Origin: Crocinitomicaceae bacterium | GTDB lineage: Bacteria > Bacteroidota > Bacteroidia > Flavobacteriales_D > Crocinitomicaceae | NCBI GenBank assembly: GCA_049239885.1 | Contig: JBMLTP010000288.1 | Coordinates: forward strand, 1 to 32,385 | Direction of reading: 5' to 3' | Length of the DNA: 32,385 bases | In this document: one piece after another, positions 1 to 6,972 of the stretch | Position numbering within the stretch: position 1 is the first letter of the stretch | How the letters are laid out: each line of letters starts with the position of its first letter | The notes under the pieces: model-generated | The model's input: the letters and a program-made list of their open reading frames with translations, nothing else | What the model was told of the DNA's origin: nothing | Databases searched by the model: none | Made by a program: the position numbers and the translations under genes

Positions 1-1073
1 TAATTCTTTTTAATGAGAAAGATGAAAAATATCAAGTAGCCACCGTAGGTCATATAGATAAAAAATTAGCGAAAGGATTGAATCCTGAAGGTGAAGAAGC
101 AAATTATGCTGATTTCTTCAAAAACATTGACAAGTTAATCGAGGCAGCCAATAAGAAAGCAGAAGATGACAAGAAGATCTCTAACACATTTCATGCCCCA
201 GAAGGAAATTATACAGATAAATATGGTATTTCAGGAAAGTATTATTTATCAGAAGTATCTGAAATAATTGTATATGGTAGAAGAGACGGAGATGTTAAGT
301 ATGCAGATGAAGTTCAATTGGAGTTAGATAAAAACGAAGCTATTTTGAAAATTCATTATGGACAAAATGAATTGGATAAGGCTTATTTCTTGACACAAGA
401 TCTAATCAAAGGTTTCAAAGATGGATCATTATCAAAAATCTACAGAATGAGAAATGATCACAACAATCACTTGGACGCTTTTAAAGGATGTGATATGCGG
501 ATTTTGGAAGAAGGCGTTTGGTTAATCGAACGGCATAGTTACTTTAACAATCGTTTAGATTGTACGGAACCAGCGTTTCAAAATAAAAATGATGGGTATT
601 ATATCATTATGGGTAAAAATAAAGAACGTGTAAAGGAACTTGCTGGAAATTTTGAGAAAATGAAGGCGCTCGCAGAAAAATCTGTAATTGCCGATTGTGA
701 GCAACTCAACGCCATGGAAGCTGCTCGCAAACCGATGCCTGAGCCAGGGATGACTGATGCAAAGTTAAATGCTGAAATTACTGCTGCCGTCAAGGCAAAA
801 GCAGCATCTGCTGGATGGCCTCAAACTGTAGTTTATACTTACATTAAAAATTCCGAATGGAATACAATTAGAAATAAAAATACGGGCATCATTACGGGTC
901 GATCTTTACGTGCAATTGCCGTTTTGAAAACAACTGCCGGAAAATGTCAATGGGAAGAAGTTTCTATAGCGCAAGATTACGATGGTGTGAATTACGGAAA
1001 ATCATACTTTAACGGAAATACGGCAATAATTGTCCCTGTTGATTGCACGGCAGCCATGAAATACATGAAATAA
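1..1073 (+). CDS. Hypothetical protein, 5'-partial (continues upstream of the window)
   Basis: Frame 3 is open from nt 3 to the TAA at 1071-1073. The ORF-track 'M' at 78 is a TTG, and there is no in-frame ATG until far downstream, so the gene most likely starts outside the window. I recognise no family motif. Confidence 0.6.
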   Translation, partial: ILFNEKDEKYQVATVGHIDKKLAKGLNPEGEEANYADFFKNIDKLIEAANKKAEDDKKISNTFHAPEGNYTDKYGISGKYYLSEVSEIIVYGRRDGDVKYADEVQLELDKNEAILKIHYGQNELDKAYFLTQDLIKGFKDGSLSKIYRMRNDHNNHLDAFKGCDMRILEEGVWLIERHSYFNNRLDCTEPAFQNKNDGYYIIMGKNKERVKELAGNFEKMKALAEKSVIADCEQLNAMEAARKPMPEPGMTDAKLNAEITAAVKAKAASAGWPQTVVYTYIKNSEWNTIRNKNTGIITGRSLRAIAVLKTTAGKCQWEEVSIAQDYDGVNYGKSYFNGNTAIIVPVDCTAAMKYMK

Positions 1074-1083
1074 TTGGTAGTTT

Positions 1084-1091
1084 TAAATTTG
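1084..1091 (+). promoter_or_regulatory. Orphan Bacteroidota-type -7 box (TAAATTTG) with no ORF behind it
   Basis: Exact match to the TAnnTTTG -7 consensus of the Bacteroidota primary sigma factor. It sits 11 nt after the stop at 1073. The next start codon is about 250 nt away and has its own box. Confidence 0.3.
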
Positions 1092-1222
1092 ACTAATAAA
1101 ATTCAAACTTCTAAAATATAATTAAAAAAGAGTTAAGATTTATTTAGAAAACTGAGATTATTCTGATTTCATTTTCATTCAAAAGGCAGTGTTAGCTAAA
1201 ATGGTTAATACTGCCTTTATAC
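1092..1222 (+). ncRNA. Candidate small non-coding RNA (promoter box to hairpin), very tentative
   Basis: The stretch is bounded by the -7 box at 1084-1091 and the 15-bp hairpin at 1182-1218. There is no ATG-initiated ORF in between on the + strand. Confidence 0.2.
1182..1222 (+). terminator. Stem-loop, intrinsic-terminator-like
   Basis: AAAGGCAGTGTTAGC (1182-1196) pairs with GTTAATACTGCCTTT (1204-1218). This gives 15 bp including two G:U pairs, a 7-nt loop TAAAATG, and a U-rich 3' arm and tail. Confidence 0.5.
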
Positions 1223-1315
1223 TTTATAACAGGTGCGTTTCCCCCCCTTTGGTTTTCAAAATCAATTTTCCATTTAAATTCTTCAACTTCACATCACTTT
1301 TGAATAATTGATTCG

Positions 1316-1323
1316 TAAATTTG
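1316..1323 (+). promoter_or_regulatory. -7 box TAAATTTG for the ferritin gene
   Basis: Exact TAnnTTTG match ending 14 nt before the ATG at 1338. It lies inside the ORF-track TTG extension (1308), which argues for the 1338 start. Confidence 0.55.
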
Positions 1324-1337
1324 TGAAAAAACTAATT

Positions 1338-1862
1338 ATGAATAATCGTGTCGAATCAGCGCTTAATGAGCAGATTAAAAAAGAAGCATCATCCTCTCAA
1401 TTTTATTTAGCCATGGCCTCTTGGGCTGAAAACAACGGATTGAATGGGACAGCCAAATTTATGTATTCGCATTCTGATGAAGAGCGATTCCATATGTTGA
1501 AATTGGTTAAATTCGTAAATGAGCGAGGCGGAAAAGCGGTTATTCCTGCTATTGATCAACCACCTGTTGAGTTTGAAAATTTAAAAAATGTTTTTGAATT
1601 GTTACTTTCACACGAAATTAGCGTAACTGATAGCATTAACAATCTAGTTGACATTTGTTTGCAAGAAAAAGATTACACCACGCACAACTTCGTTCAATGG
1701 TATGTATCTGAACAACTCGAAGAAGAAGCCTTGGCGAGAACAGTCTTAGATAAAATCAAATTAATTGGAAATGACAACGGTGGATTGTACTTGTTTGATC
1801 GAGACCTGGAAAGTTCAATCATTCAAGCGAATAACAGCAATCAAATGAATGGCGGAAAATAA
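1338..1862 (+). CDS. ftnA: Non-heme ferritin
   Basis: The translation MNNRVESALNEQIKKEASSSQFYLAMASWAENNGLNGTAKFMYSHSDEERFHMLKLVKFVNERGG... is a typical bacterial ferritin four-helix-bundle sequence with ferroxidase-site E/H residues. Start moved to the ATG at 1338 (M11 of the track ORF). Confidence 0.9.
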   Translation: MNNRVESALNEQIKKEASSSQFYLAMASWAENNGLNGTAKFMYSHSDEERFHMLKLVKFVNERGGKAVIPAIDQPPVEFENLKNVFELLLSHEISVTDSINNLVDICLQEKDYTTHNFVQWYVSEQLEEEALARTVLDKIKLIGNDNGGLYLFDRDLESSIIQANNSNQMNGGK

Positions 1863-4800
1863 CAATTCAAAATTACTCTTACTTCTCTTTTTCTTTGTTG
1901 GGACTTTTTTGAGCTTTTCCCAAGGAGATTATCGTTTCAATAATTATACAATTAGCAACGGTCTTTCGCAGAGTTTTGTAACGACGATCATTCAAGATCA
2001 AAACAATTCACTTTGGATTGGGACTCAAGATGGATTGAATCGTTTCGATGGTAAAACTTTTGAAGTTTTTAATCAAGATGAAACTCCTGGACTTGAGAGC
2101 ACAAACTTTCAATGTTCAGCTCGCACTCCTGATGGGCGTTTGTGGTTCGGAACTGCAAGTGGTTTAATTCTTTATAACCCGAACACAGAGCGTTTTACGA
2201 CCTTCAATATTAGTAGTCAAAGTCTTTTAGATATTCAAAGCCTGGATTACGATCGAAAAGGAAATTTATGGCTGGCCACAATTGGTTATGGCATTGTTAA
2301 GTTCGACACGAAAAATCTCAAATTTGAAAAGGAAAAAGTAACCTCAGGCTCAAAAAAGGTTCATCTTGTTACATGTCTTAAAGATGGAAATTTATTGATT
2401 GACACTGAAGATAAAGGATTAATTCATTACAATTCCTTGTCAAAATCCACTCAAAAACTTGTTTTAAAATCAAAGAATCAAGCTATTGTCTCTATTCTCA
2501 AAATGGTAGAATTAACAAACGGATTTGTAATGCTCTGTACAAACCAAGGTTTGTTTCAATTTAATCCGAATACGCTTAAAATTAATGATCGATTTAAATC
2601 TTTAGATAAAATCGGTCTATTCAGTATAAAAGATGTTGTTCAAGCGAATGGTAAATACTTCATAGCGACTGCTTCCAACGGATTGTTTACTATTAACGAA
2701 AACGGAACCCTTTTTAACAGTACCGAAGATATTTTTCAGAAAAACTCGCTTCTTTTCAATGGACTGTCATGCCTTTATCACGACAACAACAACAAAATTT
2801 GGATAGGTTCTGAACGAGGCTTATCAGGATTTGATCCAAGTCGTGTCGGATTCTTAGGAATTGGACCTAGTGGAAATTTAAAAAAAGGACTACCCTCTCC
2901 CAATGTTTGGTGTTTTTCGGAGGACCCAAGCGCAAAATTTGTATTTGTGGGAACAGATGCCGGCGTGTCGCGTTTTAATCGAAAAACAGGAAGCTTCGAT
3001 CAATTCAATCGTTCAGTTGGAGCACTTTCAAATAGTGAGACAGGGAAAGAAGTTGTTTTAAGTATTTATAGCCTTTCGGAAAACAGGATATTGGTTGGGT
3101 GTCTTGATGGATTGTATGAACTTCGAATAAATGGCCCTTTGCAGTATACGTATCGAAAATTAAATCATGCGCCAAAAGAGGAATCTCAAAAACATGATCG
3201 CGTATATTCCATCGTACCTTATACCAATGATCAGTTTTTTCTTGCAACGAAAGGCGGTGTAATTCGATATAACCTAAGAACGAATAAATCAGAACTTTTC
3301 GAACATAACCCAAAAGACGCTAAAAATTCAATTACGATTGGCATTTGTCGCGTTGCTTACAAAGACAAGAAAGGGAAATTTTGGTTCGCTACAAGTGGAG
3401 GCGGCTTGAATTACTTTTCGGAAAGCAAACAAAAAATTGTTCCTCACCCGATAAATAATATATTCATTCGTTATGTAAAGGATTATGTCAGCACCATGTG
3501 TCATGTTTCAGGAAATGAATATTGGCTTGGTACTTTTGGAAGCGGATTGGTTCAAATAAATTTGAAAACGAACAGCATTAAAATTGTAGGAAAAAAACAA
3601 GGCTTACCCAACAACGTAATTTATGGCTTACTTGAAGACTCATACAATCGACTTTGGTTAAGTACTAATAAAGGCATAGCATCTTATTATCGAAACAACG
3701 GAGAAGTAACCATTTACAAAGAGATTAATGGCCTTGTAAGTAACGAATTTAATTCCAATGCATTTTATCAATCACGGAAAGGAGAACTTTTTTTCGGAGG
3801 AATCAACGGATACAATTATTTTTTCCCTGGTAATTTATCCAAATCCTCAGATGATTTACAAGTAATCATTTCCAAATTTAAATTGGATCAAAATTGGCTA
3901 AAACCTGGCGACAAAAAATCTCCACTGAGGCAAGTTATCGCCAAAACAAACTTTCTCGAATTGGATTACAAACACCGTAGTTTCACAATTCGATTTCAAA
4001 CAAATGACTTAAGTAACCCCCAATTAGTCAACTATAAATATATTCTAAACGGTTCGGACGTAGGTGAACAACTTATCGGAACTGACAATGAACTGTCTTT
4101 CAATTCACTTTCTCCTGGAGAATACACATTAAAAATCTATGCTCGTTTGGGAGATGGCAGCTGGAGTAATAATCCAGCCACTCTTCAGTTGAAAATAAAT
4201 TCACCTTACTGGGCAACTTGGTGGTTTTGGCTTATCGTAGCAGTTTTTCTATCCATTTTAACACTTATCATCTTCCGAAGAAGAATTGAATTGGCTCGGC
4301 GAGAACAAGTGCGCCTTGAACTTAAAATCGCAGAGAGAACTCGAGAAATCCGTCAGCAAAAAACCCAAATCGAAGAGGCAAACGTATTAATTGAAGCTGA
4401 GAAAAACAAGGTTTTAGAGCAACAAGAATTACTTCAAATTGAAAAAGATAAAGTAGAAAAATGGCTGAGTAATACCCTACCAGCAGAGGCAGTAATCGAA
4501 TTAAAAAGGAGTGGAAAGGTTCAAGCCAACAGTTTCAAAGTCGTTTCTGTTTTGTTTACTGATGTAGTCGGTTTTACAAAGATTTCAGAAACAATGAGCG
4601 CCAATCGCTTGGTTAACAAATTGGATGTTTTGTTTAGGAAATTCGATGAGATAATCGAAAATAATAACCTTGAGAAAATTAAAACGATAGGTGACGCTTA
4701 CATGTGCGCTGGCGGCATCCCAACTGAAAACTCAACGAATCCAATTGATGCCTGCACTGCGGCTATTCAAATTCAGGCATATTTGTCGAAAATAAAGTTC

Positions 4801-5760
4801 GACGCGATTGCCAACCATGAAGATTATTGGGAAATACGACTTGGAATCAATACAGGACCTGTGACGGCAGGAATAATCGGAAACTTGCGATTGGCTTATG
4901 ATGTTTGGGGTTCTACAGTAAATTTGGCTCAGCGCATGGAGATGTTAAGTCAACCTGGAAAAGTAACCATAACCGGATCAACCTTCTATTACATCGAGCC
5001 ATACTTTGAATGCGAATTTAAAGGTCGAGTGCAATCGAAAGCCCAAACAATGGTCGACATGTACGAGGTAATTCGAATTAAACCTGAATTATCTATTAAT
5101 GGAGAAGGACTCGTTCCCAATACACGGTTTGAAGAAATTAAAAAGCTACATCACTACAGTACCATTAAGTATTATAAAACTGAACATCACGTTTTAAAAA
5201 TATTAGAAAAGGGTCTTTCCGATAAACTATATTACCATTCAATTAAACACACGAAGGATGTTGTCAAATCGGTAGAGCGCATTGCTTTGCTTGAAGGAGT
5301 GACCGATGAAGGGTTATTTCTGCTGAAAACAGCGGCAATTCTGCATGATGCCGGGTTTATCGAGCGCTACGAACACAACGAGGAAATTGGTGCTCGAATG
5401 GCGAGAGAATTATTACCTAAATATGGCTACACTGAGCAACACATAAAAACAATTGTTGAGCTAATACATGTTACAGAAATACCACATCGGCCAATAAATA
5501 AACTTCAAGAGATCATCTGTGACGCGGACTTAGATTATCTCGGGCGTGATGATTTCCAGGAAATTGCGGATAGATTGCGCATGGAGTTAAAGGAAATGAA
5601 TAAAATAGACAGTGATCGGATATGGGATGAAATTCAAATTAAATTCTTGGAAAATCACCACTATTTTACACAAACCGCAATTGAATCTCGCCAGAAAAAA
5701 AAGGAAGAAAACATTCAAATGGTGAAGGAAAGACTTGAGCGAAATGAATATAACGATTAA
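1849..5760 (+). CDS. Transmembrane sensor adenylate cyclase: signal peptide, beta-propeller (Reg_prop) repeats, Y_Y_Y domain, TM, coiled coil, class III cyclase and HD domain
   Basis: N-terminal KLLLLLFFFVGTFLSFSQ looks like a signal peptide. Many repeats of the W[IFL]GT..GL..[FY] type are present. A Y_Y_Y-like block reads YKYILNGSD...GEYTLKIYAR. There is a single TM, WWFWLIVAVFLSILTLIIF (about 4219-4275), followed by a heptad-rich linker. Cyclase motifs are VLFTDVVGFT, KTIGDAYM and YDVWGSTVNLAQRME. HD motifs are HSIKH, ILHDAGF and CDADLDYLGRDDF. Confidence 0.85.
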   Translation: MAENNNSKLLLLLFFFVGTFLSFSQGDYRFNNYTISNGLSQSFVTTIIQDQNNSLWIGTQDGLNRFDGKTFEVFNQDETPGLESTNFQCSARTPDGRLWFGTASGLILYNPNTERFTTFNISSQSLLDIQSLDYDRKGNLWLATIGYGIVKFDTKNLKFEKEKVTSGSKKVHLVTCLKDGNLLIDTEDKGLIHYNSLSKSTQKLVLKSKNQAIVSILKMVELTNGFVMLCTNQGLFQFNPNTLKINDRFKSLDKIGLFSIKDVVQANGKYFIATASNGLFTINENGTLFNSTEDIFQKNSLLFNGLSCLYHDNNNKIWIGSERGLSGFDPSRVGFLGIGPSGNLKKGLPSPNVWCFSEDPSAKFVFVGTDAGVSRFNRKTGSFDQFNRSVGALSNSETGKEVVLSIYSLSENRILVGCLDGLYELRINGPLQYTYRKLNHAPKEESQKHDRVYSIVPYTNDQFFLATKGGVIRYNLRTNKSELFEHNPKDAKNSITIGICRVAYKDKKGKFWFATSGGGLNYFSESKQKIVPHPINNIFIRYVKDYVSTMCHVSGNEYWLGTFGSGLVQINLKTNSIKIVGKKQGLPNNVIYGLLEDSYNRLWLSTNKGIASYYRNNGEVTIYKEINGLVSNEFNSNAFYQSRKGELFFGGINGYNYFFPGNLSKSSDDLQVIISKFKLDQNWLKPGDKKSPLRQVIAKTNFLELDYKHRSFTIRFQTNDLSNPQLVNYKYILNGSDVGEQLIGTDNELSFNSLSPGEYTLKIYARLGDGSWSNNPATLQLKINSPYWATWWFWLIVAVFLSILTLIIFRRRIELARREQVRLELKIAERTREIRQQKTQIEEANVLIEAEKNKVLEQQELLQIEKDKVEKWLSNTLPAEAVIELKRSGKVQANSFKVVSVLFTDVVGFTKISETMSANRLVNKLDVLFRKFDEIIENNNLEKIKTIGDAYMCAGGIPTENSTNPIDACTAAIQIQAYLSKIKFDAIANHEDYWEIRLGINTGPVTAGIIGNLRLAYDVWGSTVNLAQRMEMLSQPGKVTITGSTFYYIEPYFECEFKGRVQSKAQTMVDMYEVIRIKPELSINGEGLVPNTRFEEIKKLHHYSTIKYYKTEHHVLKILEKGLSDKLYYHSIKHTKDVVKSVERIALLEGVTDEGLFLLKTAAILHDAGFIERYEHNEEIGARMARELLPKYGYTEQHIKTIVELIHVTEIPHRPINKLQEIICDADLDYLGRDDFQEIADRLRMELKEMNKIDSDRIWDEIQIKFLENHHYFTQTAIESRQKKKEENIQMVKERLERNEYND

Positions 5761-6479
5761 AGGTCTCTTGGATTTTTGGAATTTTCCTTTCCTGTCTTCT
5801 TTTTAGAATCTTTTCCTTTGATAAGATAGGTTGCCGATAAATTCAAAACGTGCCTGTCCACCGCGTTTGGCAAGTTAACTTTATTGTCATACAAATAGGC
5901 AATTCCCAAATCCAAAGGAAGCTTCGTTTCAAAATCAACGCCAATTTGATATCTTATTCTTGTGAAACGATTTCCAAGTGGACCATTTTCTGGCGTGTAA
6001 AAAAACTCGATGCTTGCATTTGGAACAAAAATACTATTATTCAAATCGTATGAAATAGACGGTCGAAAACGGTAAGCGACGTCAAATTCCGGGTCATAAG
6101 ACGAAGAAACGAAACGATTAAATGAATATTGATACCTCGCTCTAAAACCCAAATCAAATCGTTCATGTTTATGATTTAAAATCACGTTTGCATTTACACG
6201 ATTACCCGAGGATAAATTTCCATTATTTTCTTTGGAAAGGATCCATCTATAATCCAATGAAGTCTTTAACCAACTTAAAACTTTATATTTAGCGGAAACT
6301 TGTGGGAACGAAGTAGTTAAGCCGTAAGCATCAAATCGATTTGTCCATTCGGCGGTAAAATCAAGTTCTTTGTTAAACTTATATTTAAATCCCGTTTCAG
6401 TCCAAAATTGAAATGCCGAATTTTGAGTAAAGGAATATTGAACCAAAAGAGCAAAAAGAGAAGCAATCAAATACTTCAT
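5757..6479 (-). CDS. Outer-membrane beta-barrel-like protein (DUF2490-like)
   Basis: Signal peptide MKYLIASLFALLVQYSFTQ. The sequence has the alternating aromatic/polar strand pattern typical of DUF2490-type barrels and a basic C-terminal tail. Confidence 0.6.
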   Translation of the reverse strand: MKYLIASLFALLVQYSFTQNSAFQFWTETGFKYKFNKELDFTAEWTNRFDAYGLTTSFPQVSAKYKVLSWLKTSLDYRWILSKENNGNLSSGNRVNANVILNHKHERFDLGFRARYQYSFNRFVSSSYDPEFDVAYRFRPSISYDLNNSIFVPNASIEFFYTPENGPLGNRFTRIRYQIGVDFETKLPLDLGIAYLYDNKVNLPNAVDRHVLNLSATYLIKGKDSKKKTGKENSKNPRDL

Positions 6480-6485
6480 GTCAGA

Positions 6486-6875
6486 CTATATTTTTTTAAT
6501 GTAGATAGTATCCAAGATCAATTCTTGATTTTTCTCTGTGATTTCTACCTCTTTCAAAACCTCCTTTTGCCCGCTTGGACATGAATTGCAATCTTCATAA
6601 ACGAATATTTTATAAGTTCCTTTTCTCAGATATCTAAATTCAAAGGATCCATCAAAACTCGTTTTAATATCGTCATCATAAAATGTATTACCCGCTCCAT
6701 ATATGATGTAAACATCCTGGTCAGGAATGGGGTAACTGGCAATAACATTTCCAAGGCTGTTATATTTCTGTTCTACCACTACTCCTTTAATGGTAGCCGC
6801 GCCACCTTGTCCTTCATATTTAGAACATGAAAAAAGTAATAGTAAGAAAATGGTTGAAATAAATAATTGTTTCAT
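6486..6875 (-). CDS. Small lipoprotein with a carboxypeptidase-regulatory-like beta-sandwich
   Basis: Lipobox LLLFSC. The IKGVV...G.V......DV.I......T..DGSFEF..L.KGTYKI pattern resembles CarboxypepD_reg-like folds. It ends 6 nt upstream of the barrel gene. Confidence 0.55.
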   Translation of the reverse strand: MKQLFISTIFLLLLFSCSKYEGQGGAATIKGVVVEQKYNSLGNVIASYPIPDQDVYIIYGAGNTFYDDDIKTSFDGSFEFRYLRKGTYKIFVYEDCNSCPSGQKEVLKEVEITEKNQELILDTIYIKKI

Positions 6876-6894
6876 AATGCATTGTTAGTTTATC

Positions 6895-6902
6895 CAAAAG
6901 TA
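6895..6902 (-). promoter_or_regulatory. -7 box (TACTTTTG on the minus strand) for the lipoprotein/barrel pair
   Basis: The plus strand reads CAAAAGTA, which is TAnnTTTG on the minus strand. It lies 19 nt upstream of the ATG at 6875. Confidence 0.5.
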
Positions 6903-6950
6903 CAACTATTTTATGATGATTTGCGTCTAGGCATTATCACATTTTTTTTG

Positions 6951-6958
6951 TAATATTG
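6951..6958 (+). promoter_or_regulatory. Near-consensus -7 box (TAATATTG) for the CotH-family gene
   Basis: One mismatch to TAnnTTTG. It ends 14 nt before the ATG at 6973. Confidence 0.35.
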
Positions 6959-6972
6959 AACATTAAACTACT

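Noticed and set aside
1241-1247. C7 homopolymer upstream of ferritin as a possible phase-variation tract
   Set aside because: It is only 7 nt long and lies about 70 nt upstream of the -7 box, not between promoter elements or in a CDS. Nothing indicates slippage.
1308-1337. ORF-track N-terminal extensions (ferritin from 1308, acidic protein from 18928, MORN protein from 19634, T9SS cargo from 23177)
   Set aside because: The extensions start at TTG, lie inside the upstream gene or cover the -7 box. Downstream ATGs give proper family N-termini or signal peptides.
1849-5760. The cyclase as a Pycsar/CBASS-like anti-phage nucleotide-signalling system
   Set aside because: The protein is a large membrane sensor with Lys/Asp adenine-specifying residues. 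No adjacent effector with a cNMP-binding, TIR, TM-pore or nuclease module is present, and the neighbours are ferritin and envelope proteins. Ordinary signal transduction is the better reading.
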